Source: Alloascoidea hylecoeti
Lineage: Eukaryota
Assembly: GCA_001600815.1 (NCBI GenBank)
Contig: BCKZ01000014.1
Coordinates: 186,001-250,000 of the forward strand
Reading direction: 5' to 3'
DNA length: 64,000 nucleotides
Shown: piece after piece, positions 37,465-48,700 of the stretch
Position numbering within the stretch: the stretch's first letter is position 1
Layout: each line of letters starts with the position of its first letter
Notes under the pieces: model-generated
What the model saw: only the letters and a program-made list of their open reading frames with translations
Database searches by the model: none
Told to the model about the DNA's origin: nothing
Position numbers and translations under genes: made by a program

Positions 37465-39318
37465 ATGACCAAAAAAGTAGTGCCGGCAGAAGAAACCGAT
37501 CATAATTCTTCAAGTACGTCAGACCAAGACTTACCAATATACTCTTCACTTAATCCTAAACCTTCTATACCTGATTTAAATTCAAATACAGATATAAATG
37601 TTGAAGGAGTTGCATCAGAATATACGACCGATGATGAAAAGACTCGCCCATTTACAATAAGAAATGATTCTTATCCAATTTCAGACAACGGAAACAATAA
37701 TACAGACACTTCTTATAATATACCACTAGGATTAACATTATCAAGAGTTACGACAAACGATAGCGAAAATAATGATCTTGAAAGAGTGGACACAACCATT
37801 TCACAATTGGGTACAAGACGCCCCGAATTATTTAAATCGACATTTATAGAAGTTCTTGTGGTTTTAGTTGCAACTATGGCCCCAGCTACAATATCCATGG
37901 CATCGGGCTCATTCCAAATTGCTATTAAGAGTGTATCAGAATACTTTAATGTAACAGGTGGTAGATTAACTTGGATAGTTTCAGGAATGTCAGTTGCTAA
38001 CGGTTCATTCCTCCTTCTTCTTGGTGGTATTTCTGATCATTTTGGGAGAAAAAGATGTTTTGTAACCTCTTTTGCTTTATATACTATTGTTTCATTAGTT
38101 GGAGGATTTTGTACAAATTTTGTCGCTCTTAATATTATGAGAGCTCTTCAAGGTGTTGTTTGTGCTGCTGCTATTCCAGCTGGGGCGGGTATTTTAGGTG
38201 CAACATATCATCCAGGACCACGGAAAAATAAAGCTTTAGCTTGTTTTGCGGCAGGAGCCCCCGTTGGTGTTATTGTTGGATTTGTCTGTGGTGGTATATG
38301 TGCCCAATTTTTATCATGGAGAGCAATTATGTATTTTTATGCCATAATCTATAGCATCCTTACAGTTATTGCATATTTTGTATTACCTGACGATCCTGAT
38401 AAATTAAACTGGGCAATTGCTAAGCGAAAATTGAAAAAAATGGATTTTGGAGGTGCTTTAATTGCAATTGCTGGTCTTTTATTATTTATTGTTGCTCTAA
38501 CACAAGAAGGAGCTGAAGAAAAAGGTTGGAAAACTCCATATATTATTGCATTACTTATTATTGGATTTTTTCTAATTGTTGGATTTTGCTTTTATGAAAT
38601 TTATATCCCAACTGAACCATTAATGCCAATGAATATATGGAAAAATAAAACCTTTGATCTATGTATGGTGATTATGTCAATTAATTGGCTATTATTTAAC
38701 GGTGTTTTAGGGTACTATCCTTTGTTATATTTTGAAGAAATTAGAGGAACTTCTCCAATGTTGACTACTGCTTATATTATACCGATGGCAATAGGTGGAA
38801 TTTCTGTTAACATTTTCGCAGCATTCACTTTACATATAATTCCTGGTAGAATTCTTTTGATAACTTCATCTTTGGGCTTTTTAGCAGCTACTATATTATG
38901 GGCGCTTACGCCAATAGATGTTCTTTACTGGGCAATGCCATTCCCTGCTTTTATTCTGGTTGTAGTAGGTGCTGATCTTTCCTATAACGTTGTTAATATG
39001 GTAGCATTGACATCAGTTCCAAAGGAATTACAATCTACAGCTTCTGGTATCTTTAATACACTTATTCAATTAGGAACGGCTATTGGCCTCAGTATCTCAT
39101 CAGCTATAGTCTCTGCTATGTATCCTGAATATGGTAAACCAGGCGAAACGACAGATATCCATAAATTATACCATGCTTTTAAAGGAGCCTTTTACTTTGC
39201 TGTTGGTTGTGCTGGGGCTGGTATTATTCTTAGTTTTTTTATAAACGTTGGCACGGCTGGTAGTAAACACGATATTCAAAGGCATAAAGATGCACACAAA
39301 AATCTTAGGCAGCAATAG
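37465..39318 (+). CDS. MFS drug:H+ antiporter (DHA2, Atr1-like, ~14 TM)
   Basis: GGISDHFGRKR (motif A), RALQG, GAPVGVIVGFVCGG (motif C), SWRAIMY, MDFGGA; first ATG 37465. Confidence 0.85.
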   Translation: MTKKVVPAEETDHNSSSTSDQDLPIYSSLNPKPSIPDLNSNTDINVEGVASEYTTDDEKTRPFTIRNDSYPISDNGNNNTDTSYNIPLGLTLSRVTTNDSENNDLERVDTTISQLGTRRPELFKSTFIEVLVVLVATMAPATISMASGSFQIAIKSVSEYFNVTGGRLTWIVSGMSVANGSFLLLLGGISDHFGRKRCFVTSFALYTIVSLVGGFCTNFVALNIMRALQGVVCAAAIPAGAGILGATYHPGPRKNKALACFAAGAPVGVIVGFVCGGICAQFLSWRAIMYFYAIIYSILTVIAYFVLPDDPDKLNWAIAKRKLKKMDFGGALIAIAGLLLFIVALTQEGAEEKGWKTPYIIALLIIGFFLIVGFCFYEIYIPTEPLMPMNIWKNKTFDLCMVIMSINWLLFNGVLGYYPLLYFEEIRGTSPMLTTAYIIPMAIGGISVNIFAAFTLHIIPGRILLITSSLGFLAATILWALTPIDVLYWAMPFPAFILVVVGADLSYNVVNMVALTSVPKELQSTASGIFNTLIQLGTAIGLSISSAIVSAMYPEYGKPGETTDIHKLYHAFKGAFYFAVGCAGAGIILSFFINVGTAGSKHDIQRHKDAHKNLRQQ

Positions 39319-39892
39319 AATACCAAATCTCGACTAACCAATGAAGTATAAATTACCTAAAATTTTCTAGATGAACACTGGTGGTTTAAATTTTTAAAAG
39401 TCGTATGCATCAAAAGGTTAGGAGTTAATTGGTTTATAGTTTTACATTTGCATTTATATTTATATTTATATTTATATATGCTCTCAAACATCTATAAAGT
39501 TGTATGTAGATACCTTCACAGGTGAATAAGATGCCGTTTGTTTGGATTTATAATTATAACCGTTTTTGATTTCATAATCCACCTTTTTTACTACGTATTT
39601 CAATGGAAAATAACATTAATACAGAGGGGCTAGTTTTTTATTGAATCATCCTTACACCCATCGGCCACCAACGGAAAAAAATCCAACACAATCGTAACCC
39701 GGCTAGTTCAGTCACTATTTGAGAATTCGTATTTCTTCAGTTCTTCAACGAATATAACACTCCCCTATAATCTCTTACTCTAGTGCTTAAATTACAAAAT
39801 ATTATATTTTGGATTCATTAGGTGTTTTAAGCAGAGGCAAAAACAAATAAACCCATATCAACGGAAAATAAATTTAAAATAGCAACAAGAAG

Positions 39893-41181
39893 ATGGTCGA
39901 ACGAGGACCCGATTTTTGGCTTGAACAAGTAAAGAAATGTCGATCATTACCGGAATCTGAAATGAAAATGTTATGTGAAATGGTTAAAGAGCTATTGATG
40001 GAAGGTATGATATTTTATTAAAGATCCTCGACAAATATCAACGAGCTATCGATATCGTTGACATCACCATTCAAGTTTTGGCTAATACGAAATTTTTTTG
40101 ATTTCAGAATCAAATATTCAACCTGTTAAATCTCCGGTTACAGTGTGTGGGTAAGTTTTTCAGCGATCTAACACCATATTATTGAATATGTATACTAATG
40201 ATTTTTATAGTGGTAAGTACAAAATGGATGCTGAGATTGTCTATAAAATTATGTGAACTAATATTTTTTGGTTAGATATTCATGGGCAATTCCACGATTT
40301 ATTGGAATTATTTAGAATCAGTGGCGGCTTACCTGATTCAATAAATTACATCTTCTTGGGAGATTATGTCGATAGAGGATATTTCAGTTTAGAAACATTT
40401 ACATTATTAATGGTATTAAAGGCAAAGTAAGCAGACAAAATAAATATTTCGTTGATATGAAAAATTCATTGCTAATGATGAATATATAATAGATATCCAC
40501 AACGAATTACGTTAGTTCGAGGGAATCACGAAACTAGACAGATCACTCAAATTTATGGATTTTTTGGTATGTCATACTAGTCATAATTAGTTCTCGGAAA
40601 CTAATAACTAACGAAAACATGTACATCTAGAGGAATGTCTTACAAAGTATGGAAGCACGACAGTATGGAAATATTGCTGTCAAGTTTTTGATTTCTTAAC
40701 ATTGGCTGCTATAATAGACGGAAGAATTTTATGTGTACATGGTGGTCTTTCTCCCGAAATCCGTATGTTGGATCAGATTAGTGTTCTTTCGAGAGCACAA
40801 GAGGTTCCACATGAAGGTGGGTTCTCTGATCTTGTTTGGTCTGACCCAGATAATGTTGATACATGGGCAGTTTCACCTCGAGGAGCCGGTTGGCTGTTTG
40901 GAGCTAGGGTTGCCCGTGAATTTAATCATGTCAATAATTTAAGTCTGATTTCAAGGGCCCATCAATTAGTTATGGAAGGTTTCAGGTATCATTTTGAAGA
41001 AAAGGATGTTGTTACAGTCTGGTCGGCACCCAATTATTGTTATAGATGTGGTAATGTTGCCAGTGTCATGAAGATTGGAGAGGACCTTGTTCCCAAATTT
41101 AAGATATTCAGTGCCGTTCCTGATGATATGAACGCTCGGATTGCACCACAGAAGACACAGAGGAGTGAATATTTCTTGTGA
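39893..41181 (+). CDS. SIT4: PP6/Sit4 Ser/Thr phosphatase, 6 exons (39893-40004, 40108-40150, 40211-40212, 40276-40426, 40493-40566, 40631-41181; 310 aa)
   Basis: Spliced product [11 protein letters not shown]...[14 protein letters not shown]...GDYVDRG...RGNHE...[11 protein letters not shown]...YFL; all five introns GT-AG with CTAAY branch motifs. Confidence 0.93.
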
Positions 41182-41277
41182 TTTGGTATTTGTTTTGTGT
41201 ATTGTGTATGGGTGTAATACTTTCTAAATTTCATGCTAAAGTGAATCAACTTCTCTGTAACCTAATTATAATTAAGA

Positions 41278-43636
41278 ATGGAAGATCCAGAAGAACGTCC
41301 CGGCCAACATCCAGACGAACCTCCGAGGAAGAGGAGTGCCACTTCAGGTATTTCTTTTATTTCTCCTTTTCGAGTGATTTTTTCCTTTTCATTTTCATAT
41401 TCTAACATTTCACATTTGAGGTAGCATGGTGAGTTATAATTATGACCATAAAAATATTCGTCAGCGCCTAACTATTATAGTTCAACATGCCATATACGAG
41501 GGATAATTTGTGAGTACAATTAAATTGTTGTTATCGACTTCCTGACGGTGGTTTCTAACTATGTATTTAATATAGGCGATAATTGGCAGCCTAGTTGCAA
41601 TGTAAGCCAATCTGACATCAAAAGTGGAGTTAGTATAACATAATGACTGGTACTAATATCTGTACAGAACTGTCGAGAAGGAAACAGGCTCGGCCGTTGG
41701 GAATACTCAGTAAGATTTCTTGAACCTGAAATAGAGGCCAATCATCATTTAATCAGTGTACCCCTTACTGAATCAAGTATGTGTTATTGGATTGCTGTTA
41801 TTACTATGACTTTGAACTTTCTGAACTGACAAGCGTCTAGCAAAAATCATCGATTTATCATTCCTTACAGTATCGAAGTACTTACCTATGGGTAGCGAGG
41901 GGCTTGAAGCTTTTAGAAATGCGAACTCTTATATTCCAAAGTCACACAGACCGGTCGAACACAAACTTACTTCCTCCGGCATGATCACAACCCGATCACA
42001 TATATTCACTGAAATTGTAAACCCACCAATAAATGATTTACAAACTGCAACTTTCGTGCGGTGCTTTTTAGACAACATCGCTCTTACATATGATATGTTT
42101 AATTCCAGAAACATCTTTACACAACTTGCTTTGCCATTGGCAAGGACAGAACCATTATTGATGCATGCTATATTAATGTGTGGTGCGGCATCTTATTATA
42201 AAACTAACAGGAAGAGGGAAAATACAACTGGATTACATATACCAATTCATCAAGAGGACCCAAGAATTTCAGAAGGGTATTATCGACGGATGCTTATAAT
42301 AAAACAAAAAAATGCTTGTATTAACATGGAAGCAAAATGCATGGCATATTTATTCATGATTACTTATCATTTCATAAAGTCAGAACCATTAAAACGAGAG
42401 GTTTTCTTGGAACTTTATCAACTAATCATTAAATTCCACTGGGAAAAAGATATTAAAGAGGGCCAATTTCCTGTCAATTCAATGGTTATTGATGCTTGTT
42501 TCTGGACGCTAATCGCTTTGGATTTTTTTACATCATTTTCTCAAGATATTCCTCCATCTATTGATCCTGCTGTGTGGGGTCCTGTACTGAAAATGCATGA
42601 CATACCCAAAAAAGCAAAAGAAATTTGGTGGGTTCGATTTGGCCTTTATGCCAATCTAAAAGTCAACGGCTTCAAATATAAATACGTAAAAGATTCAGAC
42701 TTTGAACCTAAAGACCAATTTTCTCAAGAGTGGACTGTTTTGGCTGATGCAATCTCACTGGCTGAGTCTTGTAATCCATCTGTTTTAATGCCAATTGTTA
42801 GCACAACTGACTATAAACATTTTTCTCTATCTCAAATATCAGAACATTCAATATATCCTGCTGTGGCCTCTCTTGAGCAAAAAGTGTATCCTTCAATTTT
42901 ATACTCATCAACTCTTGCTACTTTAGTCAGGATATTGCATTCTACTTTAATCATTGAAACTAACACTTGGCCTTCTTATAAAAATAATAATTTATTGACA
43001 TCTTTGTTTCACTCCCATTCTGTAGCTCCTGTTTCTATTTATGCTACTTTAAACGTATTTTTTGGAATGTTAACTTTCATAAAAGATACTAGAGTTGGAA
43101 TGATTTTAATACCGGCTGTATTTGCTTCAAACCAATATTTATTGACAAACGAAGAAAAAGAAGCAGTTAAAAATTATATGGAAGAAGTTTTAAATGAATT
43201 TCATAGTGAAGGCCATTCAAGATATTTATTATATGATCCACTGCCAAATGATACTATTTCAAGAATTATACTGGCAGATCGTCGAAAAAGTGCGATAGAA
43301 GAAATGTATTTACAAAATATTGAGGACAAACTAATGGAAATGAAAAAAAAACGATCTCCATCATCAGGAACGTTTCAATATCAAATGTGGCTAACTCGAT
43401 TCGGGATTAACAGTAGACGCGACCCCCTCCAGAATGCGCTACGAGTACCACCGGTTTCACTTCATCTTTCACAAATAATAAATGATGTTGATCGGCAGCA
43501 TAAGATTTTATTTAATCGAACTATTCGATATCGACAATTACTAACACAGTGTACCGAACTTCGGCAACAGCGATGTTTACCTTCAATAGCAGCAACTCCT
43601 CAGATTCAACTCCAATCATTGGAACAACAATCTTAA
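41278..43636 (+). CDS. Zn(II)2Cys6-type transcription factor, 6 exons (41278-41347, 41425-41428, 41481-41509, 41576-41601, 41668-41776, 41841-43636; 677 aa)
   Basis: Splicing gives RKRSATSACSTCHIRGIICDNWQPSCNNCREGNRLGRW in frame with the 582-aa ORF, which carries a fungal TF-like central region (NIFTQLALPLARTEPLLMHAILMCGA). Confidence 0.75.
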
Positions 43637-44448
43637 ATGTACTCAAAAACAACAATTACGATACCGCTTAGAAAAATATCAACAAAATTTTCATCGACAA
43701 CAATCTCATCAGTAATACCAACATTTCCAATTACCAATTATCAACCGAATAACTTTCCTAGCTATATTTATATATATCACTTTTTTATAGCTATAGACTA
43801 GATATCCATATCACCATCATGAATACCCTTTTTAACTTGATCATGATAAACAATATGAACATTTTTTTTAAAGTAATTACAGCTGCTTCAAAAATTCTGT
43901 TTTAATTTAATTTATTTATATTTTTTATTTTCATTATAGAATATAGAATATATTTTCACTTTAATTTTACTCTTATTAGTTTAAATTTATATATATAATT
44001 GCTTAATTAAACTTTCTCTTATTTCTTTATTCAAGCTCAAGTCTTGATCGATAAATCAATCTCTCTATAGATATATGCTAAATAAATATCTACCAAATCC
44101 ATCATTTTTATTACACTTTTCAAAAACATAAACCTTAAGAGTGATGATATCTTTTAACTATGGATACAAAATTAAATTTACTTAAACAATTCGCTCACTT
44201 TCACAATTTAATCCGCTGTTCTAAACATACACGAAGGGGATAATAACAAACTATGAACTAAAAATATATATATAAACTAACGGAAGAAGAATTATAGTTG
44301 TTATAGGTCTATAAGGTGTAGAGTCTGTAGACTCTGTAGAGTAGATATGTTTACACAATTATATTGTAATCATGCGCCGATGTTACATCACTGCTACAAA
44401 GAAAAAAGCATTTAATTAATTTTGCGGATTTCTCCTATAGTATTTAAA

Positions 44449-45485
44449 ATGTCGACCGAAAATCAACCCAAGGGATCCTTTAATATCGAGAATCAGATCA
44501 AAAGAAACCCTCACCCTGATTTCAAGAAAGTTGAATCATCCAGAGATCCTTTTGAGCAGGATATAAAATGGCATTTAAATCAAACTGTTAATCCTAATTG
44601 GAAACAGGGGAGTGGAATGAATAATTTAGAAAGTAAAAAAACTGTTGAAGATACTCCAAAGGTCGAGTTAGATCCATTTGGTGAGGGACGAAACCCAATT
44701 GATAATTATAAACTGTTGGTTTCAGGTATAATTCCAAGACCTGTATGTTTACTCATATAAATATTATGCTTGTTGAGAGATCTAGAGTTTATTTGGATAC
44801 TGTTATAACTTGGATTTTTTTGAATCAATTCAACCTTCTAACATTTTATTATAGATAGGATTTGTATCTACTATTTCAAAGGATAGTATTCCAAATCTAG
44901 CACTGTTTTCTTATACCACGGTGGTTAATCATGATCCACCAATATTCTGCATCGGCTTTTCGGGGGGTTACAAAGATACATGTCAAAATATCTTAGATAC
45001 TAAAGAATTAACAATAAATATCATTTCCGAATGGTTTATAGAGTAAGTGATTGATATATTCTGTAATAACGCCATGCATCAAATTAACTTCATGTCCGAT
45101 CAGAGCAGCAAACTTCACTAGCACAAACTCACCACCAGAAGTTGACGAATGGAAATTATCGGGGTTAACCCCTCTTCCAAGTACCAAGGTGCGCCCCCCT
45201 CATGTGAAAGAGAGTGCCTTTTCAATTGAAGCTAAACTGATTTATTCACATGATTGGACATCACATAATGATCCTGAAAAGAAAACAGGAACATTATGTA
45301 TTGTTGAAGGTATCAATTTCCATATTCGAAAAGATGTTGTTAATGATGATATGAATCAAATTGACCCAGTTAAACTAAAACCTGTATCAAGATTAGGTGG
45401 TATTACTTATGGAAGAACTACAGGTGGATATGAGTTACCCAGGCCCGATTTTGATAAAGAAGTGGTTCATGAAAATGCTAAATAA
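44449..45485 (+). CDS. Flavin reductase-like FMN-binding protein (introns 44743-44854, 45043-45103; 287 aa)
   Basis: NYKLLVSGIIPRP|IGFVST, NLA.FSY, NHDPP, KDTCQNI, INIISEWFIE|AAN, VRPPHVKES, RLGGITYG. Confidence 0.85.
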
Positions 45486-45715
45486 TAATAATAAATGTCA
45501 TGAAACTATTTTGAGTAAATTATATACACTAATATTAGATAACTTCTAGACAATGAACAGAATGTTTCATTTTGCTACTGATTGCTGTCTCCCTCTAGAA
45601 TATATTAAAACGTTTTTCAAAAAGTACTATGATCGTAGTATAGTTAAATGTACAACAAAAAGGGGATCATTTTCAACAGATTTGAATAAAATCAATGTAA
45701 TTATATATAGTAGTT

Positions 45716-48700
45716 CTAGTTTGTTGACTCTTTCATAATATTATCAATAATTGGATGCTTCTTTAATAAAGACTCTGGACTTGGGCGATACCTAGGAACG
45801 AGTTTCTTATCAATTGAATTTTGTTTATTGGTCTTTTGACTTTTCAAAGTTCTACTCCCTTTAGGAGAAGCTAATACTGGTGAAAGATTTAGAACTTTGT
45901 AGAGCTCCAATGCATTTGGTGGTAGTTGATACAGCCAATCATTTTCCTTAATAACATTCAAGAATGTCTTTAACATCTCTAACGTTTCCAAAGTCTTCTT
46001 AGAACCAACAATAATTAGTTTACTTTTCGCTCTAGTAATTGCGACATTCAATCTTCTCCAATCTCTTAATAAGTCACCAACAAGATGTTTATCGTTAGAT
46101 CTAACCAAAGATATAATGACACATTCTTTGTCTGTGCCTTGGAACTTATCCGCCGTCATAATTTGTAAACCTTTGTGCTGCCCAAGCATTTCATTGAGCA
46201 CCTTCAGCTGTTCTCTATAAACTGAAAGAACTCCAATTGATTCTGGAGCAACATCACACAAAAATAATGTCTCAACAAGACATTTTATGATCTTTGCTTC
46301 CACAGAATTACTATATCCATCCTTTTTCCGTTCTTCAAGTCCAGGAAGTTTATCCGTATCAAGAAATACAACTTTTGACTGTTCATTCAAAACATATTTC
46401 ATCCAATCTATTTCTTGTAAATATGTTTCGCCTTGTAAATAAATCTGACTAGCTTTCTTAATACTAGGAATTTTAAAGTTTTGTTCAGCGACCTTTTCTG
46501 TACCACATTTTAATTCTCCTTCATAAATTAAAGTGTTTGCTAGTATAACAATATCATTGCACATACGATATTGATATGATAAATTTGTCACAGCTTCTGG
46601 ATGATCATCTGCTAACATCTTAAATAAACTTAAATCTAAACCACCACTCTTGGCTTCTGGATTTTTCACCAATGGAGTTAATTGATTAGGATCACCAACT
46701 AAAACAAACCTGTCACAAAAACGTAAAGGCCCAATACAAAAAGGTAAAGTGATCATACTAGCTTCATCAACGATACAATAATCAAAATGCCTTTTATTGA
46801 AAAGAAAGTGCTGAATTCCCATCACTGTTGATCCAACGATTGGTGGTTTGTAATAAATATCCTCTAATTCTTGTTGATTTTTTGGGGTTGTTTTTTCAGT
46901 TCTACCAGGTATAAACCTTTGAATTAAAGGATGAACATTTTTGAAATGACCAACTCGAACTATTCCTAATTTATCGTCTTTCAGCTTTAACAAAATATTA
47001 TCAACTGCAGCATGGGTATATGAAGTTAGCAAGACTGATTTATTACGAGCTACTAACATCCTAACCAATTGAGCAATCGTCGTTGTTTTACCTGTCCCCG
47101 GCATGCCTAAAAGCAGTGAATAATCTTTACTTCTCATAACCATATCAAATGCTTTAACTTGATCATCGTTGAACGTATGATTTTTAGGCAATTCATAATA
47201 ATCTGCTTTCTTTCCAAACCTTGGCGGAACTTTATCTATAATCAATTTTGACCTCATTTTATCTCCATCAGGTAAAAGATAATTTATAATATTATACCTT
47301 GCAATTCCCATTCTTTGCATCTCATCCTGCTTATCTATTCTGTAAGTAATTCCAGGTAAATCTTTGATTTTTTTTAAGTTGATCTGTGATCCTTTAAGTT
47401 GTGAAACATGAAGCATGCCTTTGAATTGTTGATTGTCTTTTGAATTGTAACCAGGTAATCGAACTATTGATTGTGTTAATGGTTTATTTGTTGATATTGT
47501 AATTGATTGGGAGGTAATTGTCTTTACGAAGCCATTACAAAGTGCAAAGTGACCTTCTTCATCAGAAATGTGAACATGATCAAGCAAATTTATTTGAGTA
47601 TCTGTGAACAGAGTCGTAATAGGAGATGATGCATTTCTTATAAAAGTATAGTCTATACGACTGACCAATGGAATATCAGCTTCGTCATCCGTAGGTTGTA
47701 AGACCAAGTTTCCAATGCACCTAAATATTGTAAGTTAGAAAGAAACAAAATTGAGAGTAAAAAAAAGAAAAAGCATACCTTCCTGCAGCTTCCCTGACTT
47801 CACTTGTAGATATCCAAAGTTCTTTCAAAAATGTTCCCATGGTTGTTTCTTCCATGCTCAGTAGTTTATCATATTTATTGAAAAATTCTATGTATGGTTT
47901 ACTAGCATTTTGAGTAATTGAATTAAATTCTTCGATGCCAGAGCTTTCTGCATTACCATCCTCCAGTGCTTTATGATAAGTCATACATTCAGATATAGCA
48001 TAACAACTCTTGGCAGAACATGGTCCAACTGCTCTTAACATATCTGGAAGATTTCGATCTCCATTAACGAAAAAATATTTTGCAATTTTATTTCTTCCAA
48101 TTATTAAAGAACGTATTTCATGCCACATTTTAGGAATTTGTGTTGTTTGTTCAAGTTCAGAATAATATAGTAAAGAAAAACAAGTTTCAATATCATATCT
48201 ATCAAACAACAGTAGAGTATATAATAAAACCTGAGCTGAATGGGAAATATTCTGTGTCCGGCCAGTTTTGATTTCAAGTGGTACTAAAAAGTTACCAATT
48301 TCTCTGTTATTCACCTTTGCCTCAACAGTAACATCAATAATCCCTTTCAAACCAAACATTGGTGACCATATTTCTTCTTCAATATCGATTACTCTGTTAA
48401 TTGACAAATCAGATAACTCATTACTGCCTAGAACTGGCACCCGAACATTAGAATGTGAATATGCTGAAGTTCCAGTACCTAATTTAAACATTTTTGCTGC
48501 CCAATCCCTAAATTTTGGAAATTTTGGTCTAATGAAAGATGCAACTGAATCTTTTGTTTCGTTAATAAGCAAAATATTTAATAAATTTGAATCTAAATTT
48601 TCACCTAGTATTGCTTCCATATGATTATTTGAAAATGAATTGAGTTGAAGACAGCCTTGTATAATTTCGTGTATAATTGTACCATAAACAATATACTTAT

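Noticed and set aside
10423..41181. TAP42 and its partner SIT4 in one window as a functional cluster
   Set aside because: 28 kb and many unrelated genes apart; chance linkage is sufficient.
39893..41181. Calling the phosphatase PPG1 or PPH21
   Set aside because: N-terminus (RGPD.WLE) and [36 protein letters not shown] match Sit4.
44300..44346. Short (GACTCTGTA-like) tandem as interstitial telomere repeat
   Set aside because: Few degenerate units and no way to know this species' telomere motif.
40894..44905. Alternative CUG code (Ser or Ala)
   Set aside because: CTG occupies conserved Leu sites (GWLFG, YKLL); the CTG in NLA-L-FSY is more simply a CCG>CTG change.
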